Source: Ignavibacteriota bacterium (GTDB lineage Bacteria > Bacteroidota > Ignavibacteria > Palsa-1295). Taken from it: 64,000 nucleotides of DNA. Of the stretch, positions 38,801 through 45,793 are shown in pieces. The notes under the pieces were generated by a model. It did no database searches. It had not been told where the DNA came from and saw nothing but the letters and a program-made list of their open reading frames with translations. Location: positions 608,001 to 672,000 of the forward strand of contig CAWBEI010000002.1 of assembly GCA_963787835.1 (NCBI GenBank), written 5' to 3'. Positions within the stretch are counted from its first letter, which is position 1; each line of letters opens with the position of its first letter. The position numbers and the translations under genes were made by a program.

Positions 38801-39520
38801 CCAAACGATCACAGAATCACCTCGCATCACGCGAGTATTTCCTGGCAATAGCACAAACGTGAATGGAGCAGGCTTCTGATAAAATGTTCGGAAATGCTCC
38901 AGACGCGATGTTGCGGCAAGCATTTCATCGCGAGCTCCTAAGAAGAACGCCGCGCCAATTGCAAGGCTCAACAGGAGAACTACTACAGATCGCTTCAACG
39001 GCCGCTCATCGACGATAGCATTGAAATCGAAACCACGAGCAACCTCATAAGTATTCGAAAATGCCGCCAGTGCAAAATTGGGCGACCCAATCGTAGCCGT
39101 GGGCTTTAGCCCACGGTCGCGGAGTTCACTCCGTGGGCTAAAGCCCACGGCTACGGGCTGCAGCGGCCTCATAAGTTGCAAGACGTTCACAAGCCGGTCG
39201 CTGACGGACGGATAATGGTTACCTATCTGCGCGGCAAGCTCATCATCAGAAGATCGCGGACGAATTCCTAATCGAACAAAGAGCGGTGGAAGTGTAAAAC
39301 CGAAAAACCCAATAACAGAAAGTAGCAAAGCCGACCAGAAAAGCCACGTTCGCCCCACAACAGGAAAATGACCGAGCATTTCCAATACAATGGCCGAAAC
39401 CGTAAGAACAACTACTACCGTCAGGCCGCTCGCGATCCCCGCGCCAAGCGCAACGGACTCCCGCCGCCGCCGAAGCGCAGCTAGACGAGAAAGGAGTTCG
39501 GTATATAATTCTTGTGCCAC
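35858..39520 (-). CDS. DUF4175-family membrane protein with a long Gln-rich coiled coil
   Basis: N-terminal TM helices, V.PP.YT, D.PPEI, DDFG, DNDAVTGPK, RQERILSRLL, Y...IRKYFESL. Confidence 0.88.
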   Translation of the reverse strand: MAQELYTELLSRLAALRRRRESVALGAGIASGLTVVVVLTVSAIVLEMLGHFPVVGRTWLFWSALLLSVIGFFGFTLPPLFVRLGIRPRSSDDELAAQIGNHYPSVSDRLVNVLQLMRPLQPVAVGFSPRSELRDRGLKPTATIGSPNFALAAFSNTYEVARGFDFNAIVDERPLKRSVVVLLLSLAIGAAFFLGARDEMLAATSRLEHFRTFYQKPAPFTFVLLPGNTRVMRGDSVIVWIATRGEQLKQIHLHTREEGQKDFDAIVINAAPFDSAHVVALGSKSGFTYTIHAQHPIEYFVEARDIESDHYQISVLDHPIIRSLNVEVDPPPYTRLKPTALTENIGDIAGVTGTRGVFRIVASKALVNAEVVFNTVDSTGHVSTTNSRTFSLSIQDSIATGSVTFLQSGSYHVELLDRDSVASEHPIEYTVTISKDQPPEIILVEPSSARADLPDNERLDMLARIRDDFGFRGVRLGYRISKSKYLPTDTSYTWLTVPLSNYNTQELDVPYIWNLTPLSIGPEDEVSYVMEVTDNDAVTGPKSARTPEYTVRVPSVAEIFKRADDEANKAQRDMNEIKQDAEELQKKVDAALDEMKQMKAGDLAKQEQDFSKQKDMQQMLDRQNKLNDRIDQVAKDLQEMTQSMEQQNALSPETMKKYQELQDLFKQIDSPELKKAMDALQQAMQKNIDPKKLEQAMQNMKQNEDQFRKSIERTANILKKIQAEQKVDELMKASSELANQEQKAADDAHQKLDQGKQMTPEEKAAEARKQADAQKELDRMREEMKAVMDAMKKLPQSMQAPEETKEAAEALSDPSTDQDMEDAQQDMQQGQMQQGAQHSQSASKKMRNARQKLAELKRKMSETQRQATIREMKQIEGDLNRLSQAEEQLKNESKEAQPNSNVFRDLAEQQSEKKDELGQTASQAMQLAQKSTEVTPEMGKEMGEAFAEMQQAEDAMTSRNQQSSAQSAQQAMTALNQASNAFQKAAGKLGQQGQSGSNGSGDEGQDGEDGSGSEGQEGDQPGSGGGQGQGAMQQFIDQINKLAGQQQEMNNQMQSMMNGKGGGGQSAEKEMQRQQAELSRLAAQQQAAKKTIDQMADEQSKAQTGIHQSADELRKIADEMQESIGDMKSNGVKPETIQRQERILSRLLQAEHSVHERDKDQERESKPGENVVRASPRDLDVKSPQAQKELQEEILNAKENGFTPDYNALIRKYFESLEQK
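39092..39155. repeat. GTAG-type REP doublet (REPIN) in frame in the DUF4175 gene (family A)
   Basis: Perfect 25-bp IR CGTAGCCGTGGGCTTTAGCCCACGG with a 14-nt spacer; encodes VAVGFSPRSELRDRGLKPTAT. Confidence 0.88.
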
Positions 39521-39591
39521 GACTGAGATGAAAAGACTCTGACCAATAGCCTTATGAAACTAACTCCTTGCCTGTTCCAGCCGTTCCGTTG

Positions 39592-39720
39592 TCAGAACCG
39601 TGATTTTGGGGATTAATGGGATGAGTGGGATTTTGATCGAAGCCTTTTCGAAAATAATACTTGTTAGCATATCCTGTCCCGTCCCATAAATCCCAATAAT
39701 CCCATAAATCCCGGTTCTGA
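39592..39720. repeat. Inverted-repeat element with ~9-nt GGGATTWWT units (family C, copy 2)
   Basis: TCAGAACCGTGATTTTGGGGATTAATGGGATGAGTGGGAT ... ATCCCAATAATCCCATAAATCCCGGTTCTGA. Confidence 0.8.
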
Positions 39721-39724
39721 TCCG

Positions 39725-39732
39725 TATTTTTG
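39725..39732 (+). promoter_or_regulatory. Bacteroidota-type -7 promoter box (TAnnTTTG) of the GT4 gene
   Basis: TATTTTTG, 4 nt before ATG 39737. Confidence 0.55.
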
Positions 39733-39736
39733 CAGC

Positions 39737-41077
39737 ATGAACATCGATCTCCTCGAACCCGGCGCGCCTCCGGGGCTTAACGTGCTCGTCGTTGCCTACT
39801 ATTTCCCACCGATGGGACTCAGTGGCGTGCAGCGAACGATGAAGTTCGTAAAGTACCTGCCGGATTTCGGCTGGCGTCCCATTGTGCTCACCGCCGGTGA
39901 AACACCGTACTACGCCCATGACGATTCCCTCCTCGACGAACTCAGCCCTCTTGTGGATACCGGCTATGTCCGCATTGTTCGGACAGAAGCAAGCGGTGCC
40001 CCGGCGGCAACGTTAGCAAAGAAGGAAGGGAAATCCCTCAAGCTTCCGACGGCACGGTATCAGAGGCTTCGCTCGAAACTGATTCAAACAGTGTATCAGC
40101 CAGATAGCCGCATCAAATGGAAACACCCGGCGCTCCAGGCTGCGGAACAGATCTTTGCAGAAGAGCGCATCGATGCTATTCTGGCAACCGCGCCGCCTTA
40201 CACCGACTTTCTCATTGCGACCGAACTTTCCAAACGGCATAACGTGCCGTTCCTTATGGATTACCGCGATGCATGGGTTTCGAATCCGGTGCTGAATTTC
40301 TACGCAACTCCTTTTCACAAAGCGTATGCTCGTAAGCTGGAAGATGAATGCCTCCGCGCCTCGAACGCCATCACAGTAGCCAGCCGCGCAATGAAAGAGG
40401 TGCTGCTGAAAAACTATAATTTTCTCAATCATGATGAAGTGACGATCATCACGCATGGGTTCGATCCCGAAGATCTGGATAAAGCCTCCGGCCTTATGGA
40501 TAACTATCGCAGTCCCGACAAATTTCGCATGACATACGGCGGTGCGTTTTATGTGGGGCGTTCACCCATCCCTTTTTTCGAAGCCGCACGGATCGCAATC
40601 GAACAGGAACCGGATCTTGGGAATGATCTCGAACTTGTGTTTGCCGGTATCTTGCAAAGTGAATATGTGCGCGCAGCGCAGAAAATGGGTTTGGAAAACA
40701 ATGTGGTGACTACAGGATATTTACCACACATCGAAGACCTTGCGCTGCTGCTTGCAAGTGATGTGTTGTGGATGACGATGTCGGATACCATCAGCGCACC
40801 CGGCAAGCTTTACGAGTATTTCGGCACGCACAAACCGGTTCTCGGGCTCGTGCCACCTGGAAGCCAGGCCGACAAACTCCTGAATGATTATGGCGCGGGG
40901 ATCTCGGTGGCGCCAAAAGATATACATGCCATCGCTGATGTGATTCTCGATCTCTATCGCCGGTGGCGTAAATCGCTTCTGCCCAAAAATATCAATCTTC
41001 CATTCGTCCAGTCGTTTGACCGGCGGATGCTTACCAAAGAAATGGCGAAGCAGTTAGGGCTGATGTTGAGCCCATAA
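39737..41077 (+). CDS. Glycosyltransferase family 4
   Basis: AYYFPPMGLSGVQR..KFVKYL, ATAPPY, DYRDAW, ITHGFD, PGKLYEY. Confidence 0.92.
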   Translation: MNIDLLEPGAPPGLNVLVVAYYFPPMGLSGVQRTMKFVKYLPDFGWRPIVLTAGETPYYAHDDSLLDELSPLVDTGYVRIVRTEASGAPAATLAKKEGKSLKLPTARYQRLRSKLIQTVYQPDSRIKWKHPALQAAEQIFAEERIDAILATAPPYTDFLIATELSKRHNVPFLMDYRDAWVSNPVLNFYATPFHKAYARKLEDECLRASNAITVASRAMKEVLLKNYNFLNHDEVTIITHGFDPEDLDKASGLMDNYRSPDKFRMTYGGAFYVGRSPIPFFEAARIAIEQEPDLGNDLELVFAGILQSEYVRAAQKMGLENNVVTTGYLPHIEDLALLLASDVLWMTMSDTISAPGKLYEYFGTHKPVLGLVPPGSQADKLLNDYGAGISVAPKDIHAIADVILDLYRRWRKSLLPKNINLPFVQSFDRRMLTKEMAKQLGLMLSP

Positions 41078-41151
41078 TGGGCTTTTTACAGAATGTCGAT
41101 CAATAGGTGTCGATGCGGAGCCATGAGCGCATCCCGGCTGTTAAGCACGTG

Positions 41152-42522
41152 ATGAAGAAAAATACTTTAGGCTTTCTTGCCACCTGCGGTCTTTTGATAT
41201 TTCTGCCTCAGCGAGGTTTTTCGCAGCATTTGGTTAATATTGCGACGGAGCCACCCGGCATAAAAAATGAGGCCACAGAGAAGCTGTTCCAGCCGGCTCC
41301 TGTCGAGGCCGATACGATCTACCATCTCGATCAGGCGCGCATCATCAAGCAAATGGATGCCACGCCCGACGGATCCCTCTGGTATGTTGTTGATGAGTTT
41401 GCCCATTGGCAATATATCACTATCAATGGCAATCCGTTCCCGGAACGCTATCATGAAATATCCGGAACCGGCACGCGCATCAGCCCGCATGGGGACCATC
41501 TTATTTGGACAGGATTGATGCATGCATTCACGACCAAGGGTTTCGATTCAACAATGTCGTTCCTGTACCAGGATACTTCGTTACTCTTCCGCCAGGTCAG
41601 CGATTATCCTGAACTTGAATTTTCCAGGACCGGTAACCATTGGGCTGCCTTGCTGCCGAGTGCGTTCAATGGACAAACCGGAGATCGTGACTTAGCAATC
41701 GTCGATGGCCGCATCGTGCATAAAGACGAACCTCTCCCTCATCAGTTCTCCTTTTCACATGACGAGCAGCATTGGGCATACCGCTCAACTGATCTCCTTA
41801 AGGAAAACCTTGTTACCGACCGCACCGACTCCGCTATGCTGCTGTACCAATGGCCGTTTCCATCCGCAACTTCCACTTACGATGCAACGATCTGGCGTTA
41901 TAGCCCAGACGTCAAGCGCGATCACGAACGCCTTGCCGGACGCGATTACGATTTTAATTTTACGCACATTGCAAGAGTAAATAAGACAGCCTATTCATCT
42001 CTTTCCGGCGATACCGCGCGTATGTATGTGAATTTTAAGGGAAAGAATGAAGGGCTATACCGCTGGGCTGCACAGTTCCTGATGGACGATTCTGGTAACC
42101 ACCTTGCATATTTCGCTTCCGATCCTGCGATCACACATAAAGATGAAGATGAGCGCCGTGCCGTCGTCGTTTATGATGGGAAGGTATTTGCCGGCCCGTT
42201 CCCCGGAGTGATCCTTCTTTTCATGAGCCCGAGCGGAAAGCATCTTGCGTATTCGCTAACGCTCGAATCTGCAAAATTCTATCTCGATAAGATGGTACTC
42301 GCAAAAACAAGTGCCATTGTTGATGCAGCCTGGTCGCCGGATGAGTCCAAGCTTGCCTTTGTCGCGACCGGAAGCCATGCCAAATATTTTGTGGTTGCGG
42401 GTGGCAAGCGTTCGCCGCTCTTCGAACAGATCGGTCATATCGGTTGGACTCCGGATGGGAAGTCAATCGAGTTCACTGCGGTCAGTAATGGCAGAGTAAT
42501 AAAGGTACGTCAGTCACTTTGA
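41152..42522 (+). CDS. Exported TolB/WD40-like beta-propeller protein
   Basis: Signal peptide; repeated FS.DG.H.A-like blades (SPSGKHLAY, WSPDESKLAF, WTPDGK). Confidence 0.72.
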   Translation: MKKNTLGFLATCGLLIFLPQRGFSQHLVNIATEPPGIKNEATEKLFQPAPVEADTIYHLDQARIIKQMDATPDGSLWYVVDEFAHWQYITINGNPFPERYHEISGTGTRISPHGDHLIWTGLMHAFTTKGFDSTMSFLYQDTSLLFRQVSDYPELEFSRTGNHWAALLPSAFNGQTGDRDLAIVDGRIVHKDEPLPHQFSFSHDEQHWAYRSTDLLKENLVTDRTDSAMLLYQWPFPSATSTYDATIWRYSPDVKRDHERLAGRDYDFNFTHIARVNKTAYSSLSGDTARMYVNFKGKNEGLYRWAAQFLMDDSGNHLAYFASDPAITHKDEDERRAVVVYDGKVFAGPFPGVILLFMSPSGKHLAYSLTLESAKFYLDKMVLAKTSAIVDAAWSPDESKLAFVATGSHAKYFVVAGGKRSPLFEQIGHIGWTPDGKSIEFTAVSNGRVIKVRQSL

Positions 42523-43020
42523 ACCGAATGTCAGTGGTTCGTTTTACATTCATTGTTGCAGCACTCTTTTCCTTTGGCCTCTCTGAAGCTCATTCGGACT
42601 CAGCTTATGTCCCTCCGCGGCCAGCGTTCGCCGGAATTCATGTTGGGATGCCGGAGGATTCGGCATATCTGATCATGAAACGGATCGCATTGCGGCGCGA
42701 CACCCTTTCCGCCGATTCTGTCATCTTGCTCGAATCAGATTCGGTGAGGATCTTCGGGCAGGCAGCGTACCTGCAATTGCAGATCCTGCATCATAAAGTA
42801 CGAACCATCGTCATCAATTGGTACTCCCTCGGCGGCGATGGCTATACCGGACTCCGAGACGTTCTGCTATCCTATTTGGAGCGTTATTTCGGACATGGAA
42901 TTGTCTTCACCGATGAGAACCCTGACCTACCATCGCTGGGAAACGGAAGATGGCACGAGCGAAGTCTCCCACTCTGACAAATATTTACGCATTTTCGTCC
43001 GGCTCGGAAAGCCACGGTAA
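42519..43020 (+). pseudogene. Hypothetical exported protein with a +1 frameshift at about 42918 (paralog of 4519-5022)
   Basis: GIVFTDE joins TLTYHRWETEDGTSEVSHSDKYLRIFVRLGKPR if 1 nt is removed; repaired length 166 aa versus 167 aa for the paralog. Confidence 0.72.
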
Positions 43021-43449
43021 AATTTCTTTACGGTTTTACGGTCTCATCCCAAATTATCCATTTCATAGTTTGGCACCGGAACTTGCAATAGGACGACTTA
43101 AAAAAATACAGAATTGCATAAAACTGACATTGGTTGTTAAAACTGGGATTGCGAAGACCAGCTGTTTTTGAAAAAACTGAAAACTATTATTCATGATTGC
43201 GTTATAATCGCTTCATGAACTATGCAGATTTTGTTCCATATTGTAAATAATCCGGATCTCAGTTCCTATTGAAAGTATTGAGTCGGAGCCCCGAGAACGA
43301 AAAACTAGAAAACGTTTTCATCATCGAGGCTTGATGAATGCTTGTTCAAACGTTCATGAACTACACCCGGCCTCGTCAAAAGATAGTTTCAGTTGGCACG
43401 ATACTGATATTCTGTCGATGTGGTAATGTCAGTAAGAACGGGAAAGGCA

Positions 43450-43641
43450 ATGGATCAAGAACTACGAGAACGAATTCCGTCGCGGTACTCAAGGATCGAG
43501 GAGTTCACCCTCGCATCCAGAATACTCGCGGAACAATTCATGCAAGAATGTATCGCCCATAAAGTATTGCCAACGTACGATGCCTTTACGATCTGGCTAA
43601 AAGATCATGAAAAAAATATGAGTTCCTATTATTGGCAATAG
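43450..43641 (+). CDS. Small hypothetical protein (63 aa)
   Basis: GGGAAAGG upstream of the ATG; long AT-rich upstream region; followed by a strong terminator. Confidence 0.6.
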   Translation: MDQELRERIPSRYSRIEEFTLASRILAEQFMQECIAHKVLPTYDAFTIWLKDHEKNMSSYYWQ

Positions 43642-43709
43642 GTTGAGAATCGCAACCCATCTTCACGCACGCCGTGAAGACACACACAACCAAAACCCTC
43701 TCTCACCTC

Positions 43710-43743
43710 AAATCCCTGCACTGACGATGCAGGGATTTTTTTT
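43710..43743 (+). terminator. Rho-independent terminator
   Basis: AAATCCCTGCA-ctgacga-TGCAGGGATTT followed by a T run. Confidence 0.85.
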
Positions 43744-43848
43744 GATCGAAATGTTGCAAGCGAGATCTATCTGCTGAGTCCCTCGACGCTTCGTCGGAAA
43801 AGGAATCTGCGATTACGATCGCTATTTCAGCAGGATCCCCCTCCTGAG

Positions 43849-44520
43849 TTAATTCTTTGCTGGGATCGAAGCCCCCTGCGTCTTTACCGCCATCATGACA
43901 TCGACTGTTCCATCGCCATCCACGTCTCCGGAGGCAATGCTGATGCTGATGAATTTGGGGGAAGCGGCATCGACTTCTTTGCGAATCGTGATCGGGGTGT
44001 GAGCGTGCGTGGCACTCGTCGTCGCACTGCCACTCAGTATGGCACTGCCATTTGTGGTTGCACTGCCGCTCGTCATGCCACTGCCGTTTGTCGGCATACC
44101 CATAATATTATTGGATGCCGTAGCATTATGCGAAGCAGTATTGGCATTCGTGAAGGTATAGGAGTTGGAAACGTTCGATGGCGCGCTGCTCGGTTTCGTC
44201 GTGATGATAACAGTATAATTCACCGGTGCGCCCTGGCTTTTTGCAGCCATTGCCCTGATCTGTGACCAGTCATCCATGGAGGTCTTGCCACCATCGACCC
44301 ATGCGACCTGCACATTGAACGTTCCGACCGGCAGCTTCCCGGCATCCACCGAACCATTAATGCAATGCACTATTGCGTGAAAACCTTTCGCAGGCCCGGA
44401 CATGCCGTCGATCTTAAGATATGCATCAAGGGCAGCCCGGGACGTCGTCGTACCCGCCATAAGCGCCAGAAGCGCTAGGGACACCGAAATCATTCTACCA
44501 ACGAAGCGATGATGTTTCAT
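43849..44520 (-). CDS. Secreted protein carrying Hcp-like (T6SS tube) motifs and a GDVDGDG motif
   Basis: Signal peptide ending SRA; mature N-terminus ALDAYLKIDG; HTPITIRKEVDAASPK; TAnnTTTG box at 44540-44547 and AAAGGA upstream. Confidence 0.75.
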   Translation of the reverse strand: MKHHRFVGRMISVSLALLALMAGTTTSRAALDAYLKIDGMSGPAKGFHAIVHCINGSVDAGKLPVGTFNVQVAWVDGGKTSMDDWSQIRAMAAKSQGAPVNYTVIITTKPSSAPSNVSNSYTFTNANTASHNATASNNIMGMPTNGSGMTSGSATTNGSAILSGSATTSATHAHTPITIRKEVDAASPKFISISIASGDVDGDGTVDVMMAVKTQGASIPAKN

Positions 44521-44753
44521 AAAAGAAATCCTTTCTTGACAAAAATAGAACCTATAGCTTGGGAACAACCAGAGCCGCAAACAGTTGCATGGGCTAAAAT
44601 GTTTTTTACCCTGCCGGTATTGTGATAGGCGCTTCCTGCTCCGCTCACTCGCTGGTGTCTGACTTTAAGATGACGTTGTTGCATAAGCCTTTGTTCTTCT
44701 CTTCCGAACCCTTTACGTGCATGGTGCATGTTGTTAAAACAAAGGAGAATTTA

Positions 44754-45689
44754 GTGAACATATTAGTAACGGGCGGTGCAGGATTTATTGGGTCGCACAT
44801 TGTCGATGCCTTCGTCGGGCGCGGCGATGCCGTCGTGGTGCTCGATAATATGAGTGCTGGCCGTATGGAGAATCTTAATCCCGAAGCAGAATTTATCGAG
44901 GGAGATATTACCGATCGGGTACTCGTTAGGCGTCTTTTTCGCGAGCACCGATTCGAGATCGTGAATCATCACGCTGCACAACTCGATATTCGCAAAAGCG
45001 TTGCCGATCCTGTGTTCGATGCACAGCAAAATATCATCGGCTCACTGAATTTGCTCGAAGCCTCGAAAGAGACCGGAAGCGTAAAGCGGTTCATGTTCGC
45101 TTCGACCGGTGGTGCTGTTTATGGCGAACAGGAATATTTCCCAGCCGATGAAAAACACCCCACACAACCGATTGCCCCCTACGGAGTAGCAAAACGGAGT
45201 ATCGAATTGTATTTACATTATTATTATTCAATTCATGGGATACCGTATGTAGCGTTCCGGTACACGAATGTATATGGCCCTCGGCAAAGTCCCCACGGGG
45301 AGGCTGGAGTAGTAGCCATCTTCGCTGAACGATTATTGAATGGCGAGGCTGCGGTCATCAATGGCGATGGCAAGCAAACACGGGATTACGTTTATGTAGG
45401 AGATGTCGTCCGCTCGCACCTTCTCGCACTCGATACTTTAAACAGCTCCGACATTTTCAACATCTCGACTGCAAAAGAAACAGACGTCAATGAGATCTTC
45501 AATGTCCTAAGTGAACTCACAACGAACGGCAAAGCGACGCCTCAATATGGCCCCGCTAAAGCCGGCGAGCAGCAGCGCAGCATGTGCAGTTATGACCATG
45601 CAAAACAAATCCTCGGATGGGAGCCAGAGACTTCGCTTACTGAAGGCCTGCGTGAAACGGTAGAGTTCTTCAAGCGTAAACCTGTTTAA
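44754..45689 (+). CDS. NAD-dependent epimerase/dehydratase (UDP-glucose 4-epimerase-like)
   Basis: GTG start after AAGGAG; TGGAGFIGSH, HHAAQ, STGGAVYG, YGVAK, NVYGPRQSPHGEAGVV. Confidence 0.93.
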   Translation: MNILVTGGAGFIGSHIVDAFVGRGDAVVVLDNMSAGRMENLNPEAEFIEGDITDRVLVRRLFREHRFEIVNHHAAQLDIRKSVADPVFDAQQNIIGSLNLLEASKETGSVKRFMFASTGGAVYGEQEYFPADEKHPTQPIAPYGVAKRSIELYLHYYYSIHGIPYVAFRYTNVYGPRQSPHGEAGVVAIFAERLLNGEAAVINGDGKQTRDYVYVGDVVRSHLLALDTLNSSDIFNISTAKETDVNEIFNVLSELTTNGKATPQYGPAKAGEQQRSMCSYDHAKQILGWEPETSLTEGLRETVEFFKRKPV

Positions 45690-45793
45690 GTAATAAGTAA
45701 GAGGTAAGAAGTAAGAATTAATCGGGCTTGGTCAAAACAAAAATGCGCTCTTTTTTTATTACCTCTTACCTCTTACTTATTACCTGTTACCTC
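45687..45793. repeat. Inverted pair of heptamer arrays (KARGTAA x4 / YTNTTAC x5; family D)
   Basis: taagtaa taagtaa gaggtaa gaagtaa ... ttattac ctcttac ctcttac ttattac ctgttac. Confidence 0.8.

Noticed and set aside
43763-43836. Weak inverted repeat (CTGCTGA...TCAGCAG) downstream of the Hcp-like gene
   Set aside because: Short stem, no U tract and no match to the repeat families; not callable
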